Assembly: GCA_964623635.1 (NCBI GenBank)
Contig: CAZUUA010000006.1
Coordinates: forward strand, 14,386 to 78,385
Reading direction: 5' to 3'
DNA: 64,000 nucleotides
Origin: an uncultured Ruminococcus sp.
Lineage (GTDB): Bacteria > Bacillota > Clostridia > Oscillospirales > CAG-272
The position numbers and the translations under genes were made by a program. Positions 45,074 to 54,517 of this stretch are shown one piece after another. Numbering within the stretch: the first letter of the stretch is position 1; each line of letters starts with the position of its first letter. The notes beneath the pieces are model-generated. The model was given only the letters and a program-made list of their open reading frames with translations, was not told where the DNA came from and did no database searches.

Positions 45074-45135
45074 CCCTGTCACAGAAACTTTACAGAAATA
45101 ACCAATATTGTAACAGTTTATACGTTTTTCGCAGG

Positions 45136-45164
45136 TTGCAAAAGACAACGGATTCCGGTATAAT
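45136..45164 (+). promoter_or_regulatory. sigmaA-type promoter of the AI-2E transporter gene
   Basis: TTGCAA, a 17-nt spacer, then TATAAT. It is bracketed by the inverted repeat GACAAC...GTTGTC. Confidence 0.55.
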
Positions 45165-45226
45165 GAGAATGGTTGTCCGAGTCAGATGACCGTATCTTGT
45201 GAGAAAATTGATGGAGTTTGCCATAC

Positions 45227-46492
45227 ATGAAACTGGAAATCAAACAACTTTTCAAGATCGCCGGTGTGGTGTTTCTGACCTACCTGGCGATCCAATTCTG
45301 GCCGCAGGTCGTTACGCTTTTCTCCGCACTGCTGGGTGCTGCCTTTCCGCTGATCGTGGGAGCCTGTATCGCCTATGTGGTGGGTATCCTGATGAGCTGG
45401 TTCGAGCGGCACTATTTCCCACGCAGCCGGCAGAAATGGGCACAGAAGTCCCGGACTGTGGTGTGTCTTTTGGCGGCATTTTTGTCGCTGCTTCTGATCG
45501 TAGGTCTGGTCATCGGTCTGATCGTGCCGGAGCTCATCGACTGCTTTACGCTACTGTTCAAATTGGCACAGGAGAACCTGCCTCGGCTCATGGACGAGCT
45601 TTTGAACTATGCGGGTAGTCTGGATCTGCTGCCGGAGGATATTTTGGGATTTTTGGAAAATATCGACTGGAAATCCCGGATCGGCGACTTTTGGCAGGCG
45701 CTGACTACCGGAGTCGGTGGCGTGATGGGCACGGTGATCAAGACTGTATCCTCCGTATTTTCCGGTGTGGTGACCGCACTGCTTGCTCTCATCTTCTCTC
45801 TGTATCTGCTGATCGGCAAGCACAAGCTGAAAAACCAGGCAAATCGTATCCTGCAAAACTATTGCAAACCCAAGCTGTATAGCCGGATCCTGTATGTCCT
45901 GCGTACCCTGGATGATTGCTTCCACAACTACATCGTGGGGCAGTGTACCGAGGCGGTGATTTTGGGGCTGCTGTGTACCATTGGTATGCTGTTGTTCCGT
46001 TTCCCCTACGCCACTATGATCGGTGCACTCATCGCCTTTACCGCACTGATCCCCATCGCCGGTGCATACATCGGTGCCGGTGTGGGTGCGTTCATGATCC
46101 TGACCGTGTCGCCCATTAAAGCTGTATTTTTCCTGATCTTTATCGTGGTCCTGCAGCAGCTGGAAGGGAACATCATCTATCCCCGTGTGGTAGGCTCGTC
46201 TATCGGTCTGCCGGGCATTTGGGTGCTGGCAGCAGTGACCGTGGGCGGCGGTATCTTAGGCGTTGGCGGTATGCTGCTGGGCGTACCCATGACGGCGGCG
46301 CTGTACCGGATCCTGCAGGAAGATCTGCACAGACGAGAGGGCAAGGCAAAAAAGACCCACGACGACGATGAGAATGCGGACGACGAAAAACCGGCGCCTG
46401 TTGTGTCCCCACGACCGCACCCGGATACAGAACCGGAAAAGCCTGCATCCATGCCCAAGCCAAAGGCGAAAAAGAATAAGAAAAAGAAGTGA
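45227..46492 (+). CDS. AI-2E family transporter (PerM/UPF0118)
   Basis: The start is taken at ATG 45227 (MKLEIKQLF...). About 8 TM helices. The conserved LQQLEGNIIYPRVVGSSIGL block is present. Lys-rich C-terminal tail. Confidence 0.8.
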   Translation: MKLEIKQLFKIAGVVFLTYLAIQFWPQVVTLFSALLGAAFPLIVGACIAYVVGILMSWFERHYFPRSRQKWAQKSRTVVCLLAAFLSLLLIVGLVIGLIVPELIDCFTLLFKLAQENLPRLMDELLNYAGSLDLLPEDILGFLENIDWKSRIGDFWQALTTGVGGVMGTVIKTVSSVFSGVVTALLALIFSLYLLIGKHKLKNQANRILQNYCKPKLYSRILYVLRTLDDCFHNYIVGQCTEAVILGLLCTIGMLLFRFPYATMIGALIAFTALIPIAGAYIGAGVGAFMILTVSPIKAVFFLIFIVVLQQLEGNIIYPRVVGSSIGLPGIWVLAAVTVGGGILGVGGMLLGVPMTAALYRILQEDLHRREGKAKKTHDDDENADDEKPAPVVSPRPHPDTEPEKPASMPKPKAKKNKKKK

Positions 46493-46504
46493 TCTCCAAA
46501 AACC

Positions 46505-46541
46505 AAAGCGTACAGAACATCCTGCTCTGTGCGCTTTTTTT
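46505..46541 (+). terminator. Intrinsic terminator
   Basis: AGCGTACAGA/CTCTGTGCGCT stem followed by T7. Confidence 0.7.
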
Positions 46542-46655
46542 GCTTTCGTGTAAAAAAACGCATGGTATCATAGTGGTGGTTTGGGTTGCCCGGAACCATC
46601 CGACTTGCCGCACATATACTGAGGATAGTATGGCAAACAAAGGAGTGTTCATAGT

Positions 46656-46925
46656 ATGGAACAAAAATTGTCCGCACTACATCTGGGACAGACGGGCATC
46701 ATTGCATCGGTGGAAGAGGGCAGCTTTGGCAGTCGTCTGCAGGATCTGGGATTCACGCCGGGCAGCAGGGTCACAGCGGTCATGGCCAGTCCCATAGGCG
46801 GCGACCCGGTGGCGTATCGGGTACGGGGCACGCTGGTGGCACTGCGACATACGGATGCTGCACAGGTTATGGTGCTTGTACCCGTGGAACGAACGGAGGA
46901 TGCGATATGTGGCAAGCTGTGCTGA
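46656..46925 (+). CDS. feoA: Ferrous iron transport protein A
   Basis: 89 aa. SH3-like FeoA pattern (LGQTGIIASV...RLQDLGFTPGSRVTAV...GDPVAYRVRGTLVALR). AAAGGAG RBS. Confidence 0.85.
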   Translation: MEQKLSALHLGQTGIIASVEEGSFGSRLQDLGFTPGSRVTAVMASPIGGDPVAYRVRGTLVALRHTDAAQVMVLVPVERTEDAICGKLC

Positions 46926-48685
46926 CCGGCAATCCCAACGTAGGCAAAAGCACCGTGTTCAATGCGCTTACCGGTCTGCGGCAGCATACAGGCAACTGGC
47001 CGGGCAAAACCGTGGAGACCAAAACAGGTCTATTGCGTACCCGATCGGCGGAGCTGACCCTGACCGACCTGCCGGGTACCTATAGCCTTATGGGACACTC
47101 GCCGGAGGAAGTGGTGGCAGGGGACTACCTACGGGAACATACGGCAGACTGCGTGGTGGTGGTCTGCGATGCCACAGCACTTTCCCGGAACCTGATCCTG
47201 GCCTTGCAGATCCGGGAACGCTTTCACCGGTGCGTGGTCTGCGTGAACATGATCGACGAAGGGGAAAAGCGTGGCATTGTGGTGGATACGGCGGCTCTGT
47301 CCACCATATTGGGCTGCCCGGTAATCCCCTGTGCTGCCCGACAAAAACGAGGACTGGACACACTGCGGCAAACGATCCTGTCCGTCTGTGCAGAAAAGCA
47401 AACGTCTGCCCAGCCAACCTACCACGCCTATGGAAAGGATATCCCGACCCAGGCAGAAGCCATTGCAAGGACGGTATGTCAGGTATCGGAAACGGCGTTT
47501 CCCAGAGACACCAAACTGGATCACCTGCTTGCCGGTTCCTGGATGGCATATCCGATGATGGCGGCATTGGGAATCGTTGTGCTTTGGCTGACCATTCGTG
47601 GCGCCGGTTACCTGTCGGAGGCGCTGACGCTGTGCTTTGATTGGCTTCTCACCCATTGCATGACCTGGGGAACAGCACTGGGACTGCCAACCATGCTTTG
47701 TTCCTTTTTGGTAGAAGGCGTGCTCACTACCCTGACCCAGGTGATCGCTGTGATGCTGCCACCGATGGCGATCTTCTTTCCGCTGTTCACACTGCTGGAG
47801 GATTTGGGGTATCTGCCAAGAGCTGCCTTTTGTCTGGATCGAGCCTTTCATGGCTGCGGTACTTGCGGAAAACAGGCGCTGACCATGCTCATGGGACTGG
47901 GCTGCAATGCGGCTGGCGTTACCGGCTGTCGTATCATCGACTCCCCCAGGGAACGAAAGCTGGCGATCCTGACCAATAGCCTGACGCCCTGCAACGGTCG
48001 ATTGCCTATGGTGCTGTCGCTGACGGGTGCGGTGGTGGTGCTTCTCAGTCGCACGAGCACAGCACCGGTGGGACTGCAGACGGTGGCTGTGGCTCTGGTA
48101 TTGGCACTGTGCACCGGTATGACATTGCTTATCTGTCGTGTCCTGAGCCACACCCTGCTGCAAGGAGAGAACACTACCTTTGCTATGGAGCTGCCCTGTT
48201 ATCGGATACCCCAGTGGGGACAGGTGCTCGTTCGTTCCTTTCTGGATCGAACCTTGTTGGTGTTAAGACGTGCCGTAGTGGTGGCGGCTCCGGCTGGTGC
48301 ACTGCTCTGGTGCCTGACCCATATGGCTTGGCAGGGGACCACATGGTACGGGCACATCACCGTATTTCTGGACTCTGTTGGACAATGCTTCGGTATGGAT
48401 GGCGTGATCCTGACCGCATTTATTCTGTCCTTACCGGCAGCCGAGCTGTTTTTGCCACTGGTGCTGCTTGGGTATGGCGCATCGGAGATCGTGTTGTGGC
48501 AGTGCTGGCAAGGCTCCACGATCCTGTGTGTGCTGTGGTTCACCCTGTTCCATTGGCCCTGCGCCACCACACTGCTGACCATCCAGAAGGAGACCGGCAG
48601 CTGGGGCCTGACACTGCTATCGGCCACACTGCCAACGGCCATTGGTCTTGCCGGTTGTCTGCTGCTTCGTGCCTTACCCATATAA
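46907..48685 (+). CDS. feoB: Ferrous iron transport protein B
   Basis: N-terminal G-domain AVLTGNPNVGKSTVFNALTG...DLPGTYSL, followed by a polytopic membrane domain. It overlaps feoA by 19 nt. Confidence 0.9.
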   Translation: MWQAVLTGNPNVGKSTVFNALTGLRQHTGNWPGKTVETKTGLLRTRSAELTLTDLPGTYSLMGHSPEEVVAGDYLREHTADCVVVVCDATALSRNLILALQIRERFHRCVVCVNMIDEGEKRGIVVDTAALSTILGCPVIPCAARQKRGLDTLRQTILSVCAEKQTSAQPTYHAYGKDIPTQAEAIARTVCQVSETAFPRDTKLDHLLAGSWMAYPMMAALGIVVLWLTIRGAGYLSEALTLCFDWLLTHCMTWGTALGLPTMLCSFLVEGVLTTLTQVIAVMLPPMAIFFPLFTLLEDLGYLPRAAFCLDRAFHGCGTCGKQALTMLMGLGCNAAGVTGCRIIDSPRERKLAILTNSLTPCNGRLPMVLSLTGAVVVLLSRTSTAPVGLQTVAVALVLALCTGMTLLICRVLSHTLLQGENTTFAMELPCYRIPQWGQVLVRSFLDRTLLVLRRAVVVAAPAGALLWCLTHMAWQGTTWYGHITVFLDSVGQCFGMDGVILTAFILSLPAAELFLPLVLLGYGASEIVLWQCWQGSTILCVLWFTLFHWPCATTLLTIQKETGSWGLTLLSATLPTAIGLAGCLLLRALPI

Positions 48686-48688
48686 AGG

Positions 48689-48730
48689 AAAACACCTGCC
48701 TATGTTTGTAGTAAGCAGGTGTTGTTTATT
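48689..48730 (+). terminator. Intrinsic terminator after feoB
   Basis: AACACCTGC/GCAGGTGTT stem followed by GTTTATT. Confidence 0.6.
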
Positions 48731-48881
48731 GGATAGATAATAGGATTACACACGAAATGGCTACCGCACGGAACGGTCAAGACCGTTCCCTACAGTGGAT
48801 GTACGGTGTCAAAAAAGTATAGATCAAACTTCAGAGCGAGGAGGTATTCTTCCAGTTTTGACTTCGGATAAGCCTCGCTTA

Positions 48882-50288
48882 TTATTCCTTGCCGTCCCAG
48901 CAGTAGGTGCAGAACTTGTCCGCATCCAGACCGGACGCTGCGATCATGTCGTCCAGCCGCTGGTACTTCAGCGTGGTGAAGTTCATCATCTTGCGGATCT
49001 CTTCCACCATGGCGGCGTACTCCGGCGTATCCGGGTCACAGTACTTTTCCAGCTTGCCTTCGTGATCGGCACCTTCCAGCATGGCAATGACCCGACGAGA
49101 GATCAGATCCATGTCCGATGTGGAACGAGAGAAGTTCAGGTACTTGCAGCCGTACATGATCGGTGGGCACGCCAGACGAATATGTACTTCCTTGGCGCCA
49201 CTCTTGTACAAGAATTCCGTGGTCTCCCGAAGCTGGGTACCGCGTACGATGGAGTCGTCGATCAGGATCAGCTTTTTGTCCTTGATCAGGTCGCCTACCG
49301 GGATCAGCTTCATGTGTGCGATCAGGTTCCGCTGGCTCTGCTTCTGGGGCATGAAGGAACGGGGCCAGGTGGGGGTGTACTTGATGAAGGGACGGGAATA
49401 GGGAATACCGGAACGGTTGGCGTATCCAATGGCATGGGCAAGCCCCGAGTCCGGTACACCAGCGACCGTGTCGGCTTCCAGACCTTCGTCACGCTGTGCC
49501 AGATAATCCCCACAACGGCAACGCATGGCCTCCACGTTCACACCTTCATAGGTGGAGGTAGGATAGCCGAAATATACCCATAAGAAAGAGCAGATCTTCA
49601 GCTTGTCGTCCGGCTTCCGTACCACTTCCACACCATCGGCAGAAACAAAATCGATCTCACCGGGACCCAGCTCCTTCACAAATTCATAACCCAGATTCAG
49701 GAAAGAGAAGGACTCAAAGGCGGTACAGTAGGCGCCATCCTTTTTGCCAATGATGATGGGTGTACGACCTACCCGGTCTCTGGCCGCATAAATCCCCGTG
49801 GGCGTCAAGAGCAGAATGGACATAGAGCCGTCGATCTGTTCCTGGGCATACCGAATCCCGGCCGGAATGGAATTTTGCGAATTGATCAGCGCCGCCACCA
49901 ACTCCGTGGGATTGATGTTGCCTGCGGTCATTTCCAGAAAATGGGAAGTACCGGCAGCAAAGGCCTTTTCCACCAGCTCGTCCGCATTGTTGATCCGACC
50001 CACGGTGGTGATGGCATAATGCCCCAGATGAGAGCGCACGATCAGCGGCTGGGGTTCCGTGTCCGAGATGCAGCCGATGCCGCAGAGCCCGTGCATCTCA
50101 TCCACATCGCTCTCAAACTTGGTACGGAACGGAGAGTTTTCGATGTTGTGGATAACACGCTGAAACGCACCGTCCGCATACACCGCCATCCCACCTCGCT
50201 TGGTACCCAAATGGGAATGATAGTCCGTCCCGAAAAACAGGTCAAATACACAGTCCGTCTTGGATGCTACGCCAAAAAATCCACCCAT
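48882..50288 (-). CDS. Amidophosphoribosyltransferase (PurF)-like protein lacking the N-terminal Cys nucleophile
   Basis: The start is taken at ATG 50288 (MGGFFGVASK...), 9 nt after AGGAG. An alternative ATG at 50294 is only 3 nt from the RBS and is directly preceded by an in-frame TAA. PRPP loop KLILIDDSIVRGTQL. C-terminal Cys residues (CPPIMYGC...CTYCWDG). Gly occupies the position of the MCG Cys1. Confidence 0.8.
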   Translation of the reverse strand: MGGFFGVASKTDCVFDLFFGTDYHSHLGTKRGGMAVYADGAFQRVIHNIENSPFRTKFESDVDEMHGLCGIGCISDTEPQPLIVRSHLGHYAITTVGRINNADELVEKAFAAGTSHFLEMTAGNINPTELVAALINSQNSIPAGIRYAQEQIDGSMSILLLTPTGIYAARDRVGRTPIIIGKKDGAYCTAFESFSFLNLGYEFVKELGPGEIDFVSADGVEVVRKPDDKLKICSFLWVYFGYPTSTYEGVNVEAMRCRCGDYLAQRDEGLEADTVAGVPDSGLAHAIGYANRSGIPYSRPFIKYTPTWPRSFMPQKQSQRNLIAHMKLIPVGDLIKDKKLILIDDSIVRGTQLRETTEFLYKSGAKEVHIRLACPPIMYGCKYLNFSRSTSDMDLISRRVIAMLEGADHEGKLEKYCDPDTPEYAAMVEEIRKMMNFTTLKYQRLDDMIAASGLDADKFCTYCWDGKE

Positions 50289-50377
50289 ATACATTTACTC
50301 CTTCGTGAATTGGTTGTTTGTATCGTATACGATCCTTTTGTGGAAAGATCGTGATCGTTGCAGAAAAGCAAAACGTG

Positions 50378-51064
50378 CTACGCCGGGGTCTCCTCCAACG
50401 TAAGCTTGTCCAGCTGCTTGAAATATAAAGTGCCGTCGTCCCGTTTGATGATCAGGACAAAATAGGGCTCTGACTCCACCTGTCCCTTAACCACCGTAAA
50501 GGTCACACGCCAGGTCTTGTCGGTCTCCCCAATGGAGGTGATATGTACCTGGCTGTCATCGGAAATGGGAGAGGACAGGGAAATATACGCCTGCACCTTG
50601 CTGAGATACCGAAACCGGCTGCCGTCCTTGTGTGAGATCTTCACCGAGCCGCCAAAGTAGCGATACATGGTCGCTTCAAAGTCAGATGCCGGAATGATCT
50701 CCGAGATCTGGTATTCCGGATAGACCTCTGTAGCCTTGGCGATCAGCGCCATATTGCCGGAGTACCGGGCGTATTCGCTTTCCAACATATAGGTCAGCAC
50801 CGTGTCCCGGTAGGCGGAGATGGCATCGTTCATGTTGTCAAAAGGGACAAGCGTGGGTACCAGAATCTGGATCAGGTCTGCCAGAACCACAGCCGTATCG
50901 CTGTCGGTATCGTAGGTGGTGTGTACCTCTTCGCTCATATAATCGTAGGTGTCAAAGCCCAGCTTGTCTACGATCTCAGCTATAGTCGTACAACTGGTGC
51001 AGCTGCTGACCATGGTCAGACACAGCACCGCTGTCAGTACCTGCTTTCCCATCCGGTATTTCAT
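50378..51064 (-). CDS. Hypothetical lipoprotein
   Basis: MKYRMGKQVLTAVLCLTMVSSCTSC with a lipobox-like VSSC. 228 aa, no recognisable motif. Confidence 0.55.
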   Translation of the reverse strand: MKYRMGKQVLTAVLCLTMVSSCTSCTTIAEIVDKLGFDTYDYMSEEVHTTYDTDSDTAVVLADLIQILVPTLVPFDNMNDAISAYRDTVLTYMLESEYARYSGNMALIAKATEVYPEYQISEIIPASDFEATMYRYFGGSVKISHKDGSRFRYLSKVQAYISLSSPISDDSQVHITSIGETDKTWRVTFTVVKGQVESEPYFVLIIKRDDGTLYFKQLDKLTLEETPA

Positions 51065-51077
51065 GCGTTTTTCCTCA

Positions 51078-52361
51078 TTATTTTCCCAAAAGTGCCTTTT
51101 TTACGTCTCCATATAGATAAAGTGACCCCAAGATCACCAGCGGTCGGCCACTGTTCTTGGCATAGGCAAGCGCCGCCTGTACGCCGTCTGCCAGGGTCTC
51201 ATGAGCAACAGCTGCTGCACCACAGTCCCGGAACACCGCAGCAGTCTCTGCCGCAGATAAGGCTCTGGGATTGTCCGGCGTGATGGTGAATACCGTATCG
51301 GTGAGTGGTGCCAGAGATGCGATCATGTGGGTGAAATCCTTGTCACGCAGGACACCCATACACAGCACCACCTTGCCATCCGGCTGGGTCGGTGACAGAT
51401 ACGCCTGGATGTTTCGCACCGCACCACGAATGCCCTGTGGATTGTGTGCCCCATCGTAAAAGACCAGCGGTTCTTCCATGAGCTTTTCAAACCGTGCCGG
51501 CCAACGGGCAGACGACAGTCCCCGAAGCACCGCATCTGCAGGTAGCTCTACGCCCAGCGACCGCAGCATCTCCACAGCGGTCAGCACGTTCACCGCATTG
51601 TGCAGCTGGTATAGTCCCAGCATATGCAAAGTGATAGACTGCCACGCCTTCCAGGAAAACACGGTCTTGTCCGCAGAGAGCACCACGTCCCGGATATCAC
51701 TGTAGTCAGCACGAACAAATGTGCCGCCCATTTCTTGGGTACGTGCAGCGATCACATTTTCCGCATCGGTGTCTCCTTCACCAAACAGCACCGGACAACC
51801 GGCCTTGATGATCCCGGCTTTTTCTCCGGCAATGGCGGCAGTGGTGTCGCCCAGCAGTGCTGTGTGGTCCAGATCGATGCCGGTGATCACAGCCAGCAAG
51901 GGTGCGGGAATGATGTTTGTCGAATCCAATCGTCCCCCCAGTCCCACTTCCAGCACCACATAGTCGCAGTGGTGGTTGCGGAAATAGAGGAAGCACAGGG
52001 CCGTGATCAGCTCAAATTCCGTCGGCGGATCGTCCATGGTGTCGGCAACGGCTTTGACTGCTTCGGTCAGTGCCGCCAGCTCTGCATCGGCAATGGGCTG
52101 TCCATCGATCTGCATACGCTCGTTGAATCGTTCGATGTACGGCGAGGTGTACAGTCCGGTGTGGTATCCGGCTTCCTTTAGGATGCTTGCTAACATACAG
52201 CAGAAGGAACCTTTGCCATTGGTACCGCCTACATGGATGAAGCGCAGCTCCTTCTCTGGATGCCCCAACTTTTCGCACAGCACCGAGATCCGGCTCAGTC
52301 CCGGTCGGGAACCCAACCAAACCACCGAGTGAATATAGGTCATGGCTTCTTCATATGTCAT
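51078..52361 (-). CDS. folC: Bifunctional folylpolyglutamate synthase / dihydrofolate synthase
   Basis: The start is taken at ATG 52361 (MTYEEAMTYIHS...) after AAGAGGTG. Mur-ligase P-loop HVGGTNGKGS. The LEVGLGGRLDSTN block is present. Confidence 0.85.
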   Translation of the reverse strand: MTYEEAMTYIHSVVWLGSRPGLSRISVLCEKLGHPEKELRFIHVGGTNGKGSFCCMLASILKEAGYHTGLYTSPYIERFNERMQIDGQPIADAELAALTEAVKAVADTMDDPPTEFELITALCFLYFRNHHCDYVVLEVGLGGRLDSTNIIPAPLLAVITGIDLDHTALLGDTTAAIAGEKAGIIKAGCPVLFGEGDTDAENVIAARTQEMGGTFVRADYSDIRDVVLSADKTVFSWKAWQSITLHMLGLYQLHNAVNVLTAVEMLRSLGVELPADAVLRGLSSARWPARFEKLMEEPLVFYDGAHNPQGIRGAVRNIQAYLSPTQPDGKVVLCMGVLRDKDFTHMIASLAPLTDTVFTITPDNPRALSAAETAAVFRDCGAAAVAHETLADGVQAALAYAKNSGRPLVILGSLYLYGDVKKALLGK

Positions 52362-52378
52362 AGTATTCACCTCTTTTA

Positions 52379-52918
52379 TTATCGAGCGACCTTGCCCGTC
52401 ACCAGTCCCATGCGGCAGAGCAGACTCGTCAACCGCTTCAGCACCGGCGCAAACAGGATCTGTACCGGCACCAGCACCGCATACTCCGGCAGGCGATATA
52501 TAAGCCAACCAAAGTAGGTCTTGCTGCCGTAGAGCTGGCTGACCCAGATGGTGTTGACCAACAGTCCCAGCACCAGACAGTTACAGCATACCGCCAAAAG
52601 GATCTGCCAGAAGGAGAGCTTTTCCCGGTGTAGCAGCCAGCCAAGGATCAGTCCCATGCCCACGGCACATATGGTAAAGCCCGGATGATAGGGACCGATG
52701 GGAAACAGCATGGCACCCAAAAAATCAGCCAGTCCATACACCAGCCCAGCCGTCACAGGTCCATACAGCATACCGGCCAGCATCGGCGGTACAAAGGAGA
52801 ACCCGATCTTGAGCCCAGCCGTATTGATGGAGCAGAATCGATTCAGTACGATCTCCAGGGCAATGAGCATGGCACAGGCACAGAGCCAGCGCAGACGACC
52901 ATGAAATGTGTTGTTCAT
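52379..52918 (-). CDS. folT: Folate ECF transporter S component
   Basis: The start is taken at ATG 52918 (MNNTFHGRLRWLC...) after GGGAGG. 179 aa with 5-6 TM helices. It is followed by folC and preceded by a THF riboswitch. The upstream part of the long ORF overlaps the riboswitch. Confidence 0.8.
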   Translation of the reverse strand: MNNTFHGRLRWLCACAMLIALEIVLNRFCSINTAGLKIGFSFVPPMLAGMLYGPVTAGLVYGLADFLGAMLFPIGPYHPGFTICAVGMGLILGWLLHREKLSFWQILLAVCCNCLVLGLLVNTIWVSQLYGSKTYFGWLIYRLPEYAVLVPVQILFAPVLKRLTSLLCRMGLVTGKVAR

Positions 52919-53088
52919 AAAATAACAAACCTCCCATAAATGCACGGATGACCGAAGACCTGCCACAGGGAAAACATATCCTGTACAGGTCGCTTGATCC
53001 GCTTTGCGCCGTAGATGGCATATCGAGATCCATAGTTCGTTTTCTATAGATCCCGGACATTTATGAGAGTATACGCTCTTTTCGATGT

Positions 53089-53194
53089 ACAGCGGGATGC
53101 GAGATCCGAACCGCAGGTCGGTAAGAGTACCGCCTTTCGTCCGATGGACAACTCCCCGTTCCACCGGCACTTCACGCCCGGAAATCTACTCTGT
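53089..53194 (-). promoter_or_regulatory. THF (tetrahydrofolate) riboswitch
   Basis: The minus-strand RNA is ACAGAGUAGAUUUCCGGGCGUGAAGUGCCGGUGGAACGGGGAGUUGUCCAUCGGACGAAAGGCG...GCAUCCCGCUGU. It shares the conserved AGAGUAGAU, GCGUNAAGUG, GGGA, ACGAA(A)GCG and GCAUCC(C)GCU blocks and the P1 pairing (ACAG/CUGU) of the Eubacterium siraeum THF aptamer. Its position upstream of folT is the classic context. Confidence 0.8.
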
Positions 53195-53242
53195 AAGGAT
53201 CGGTGATCCGCTAAAGTTTTGGTCCCTTGCAGAACCACCTTT

Positions 53243-53271
53243 ATTATAGCACACCTGCCTGGGAAATACAA
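53243..53271 (-). promoter_or_regulatory. sigmaA-type promoter driving the THF riboswitch-folT-folC transcript
   Basis: On the minus strand: TTGTAT, a 17-nt spacer, then TATAAT, about 45 nt upstream of the aptamer. Confidence 0.55.
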
Positions 53272-53472
53272 GGGATTTTTTTACACAAATTTTGGATATG
53301 TATGCAGGCGTTTCTCTGACATTGAATCTATCAATCGTGAATACTTTTAAACTTTGATTTTCTTGAGGAAAGAAAGCGTAAAAATTTTCCAGAAAATGTT
53401 GCATTTGCCACATACAAATTCCTACAAACGGTGTATACTATATACCGTACCAGAGACTGTGAGGTGTGAAAT

Positions 53473-54462
53473 ATGAAGATCGCATTTTTCGATACCAAGC
53501 CCTACGACAGACCAGCCTTTGAGATGCTGGGCAGGAAACAGGACATCACGTTTCACTTTTTTGAGACCCGACTGACAATCGACACCGTGGAGCTGGCACA
53601 CGGCTGTGACGGTGTGTGCGTATTTGTCAACGATACCATAGACCAGGCGGTGATCGATGCACTTGTCCAAATGGACGTGCGGATCGTGGCACTCCGGTGT
53701 GCAGGCTTCAACAATGTGGATCTGCGCTATGCCAAGGGGAAGCTGCACGTGGTACGGGTGCCGGCCTATTCTCCGTATGCTGTGGCAGAGCACACCATGG
53801 CCCTGCTGCTGACCTCCATTCGCCGGATCCACAAGGCATTTATCCGCACCAGGGATTACAACTTCAGCCTGAACGGATTGACCGGCTTCGATCTCCACGG
53901 CAAGACCGTTGGGGTCGTTGGCACCGGCAAGATCGGCCGTGTGTTCATCGACATTTGCCGGGGCTTTGGGATGCGTGTGCTGGCCTATGACAAATATCCC
54001 GATCCCACGTTGGCAAACGGCGAGACCATCCGCTATGGCACCTTGGACGAGCTGTTTCGGGAAAGCGATATCATTTCGCTCCACTGTCCCCTGCATGAGG
54101 ACACCTACCACATGATCGACGAAGCGGCGCTTGCCAAATGCAAAAAAGGCGTGGTGCTGCTGAACACCTCCCGCGGTGCCCTGGTGGATGCTGAAGCACT
54201 GCTGGCTGCCATCAAATCCCGACAGGTGGGTGCAGCGTGCCTGGATGTGTACGAAGAAGAATCTGAACTGTTCTTCGAGGATTTCTCCGGGCATATCTTA
54301 GACGACGACACCTTAGCAAGACTCATCTCCATGCCCAACGTGATCGTGACCTCCCACCAGGCCTTCTTGACCGAGGAAGCACTGGAAAACATTGCCGCCA
54401 CTACGGTGGAGAATCTGACAGCCCTGCGAGACGGAAAAGACTGCGACAACGCACTTTGCTGA
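53473..54462 (+). CDS. ldhA: D-lactate dehydrogenase (D-isomer-specific 2-hydroxyacid dehydrogenase)
   Basis: 329 aa. MKIAFFDTKPYD... NAD site GVVGTGKIGRV. Catalytic-region blocks LLNTSRGALVD and VTSHQAFLT. GAGGTG RBS. Confidence 0.8.
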   Translation: MKIAFFDTKPYDRPAFEMLGRKQDITFHFFETRLTIDTVELAHGCDGVCVFVNDTIDQAVIDALVQMDVRIVALRCAGFNNVDLRYAKGKLHVVRVPAYSPYAVAEHTMALLLTSIRRIHKAFIRTRDYNFSLNGLTGFDLHGKTVGVVGTGKIGRVFIDICRGFGMRVLAYDKYPDPTLANGETIRYGTLDELFRESDIISLHCPLHEDTYHMIDEAALAKCKKGVVLLNTSRGALVDAEALLAAIKSRQVGAACLDVYEEESELFFEDFSGHILDDDTLARLISMPNVIVTSHQAFLTEEALENIAATTVENLTALRDGKDCDNALC

Positions 54463-54517
54463 AACTATGCATCGTATAGGATGAATAAAAATATACAATT
54501 TGAAAGGATAAAATACT

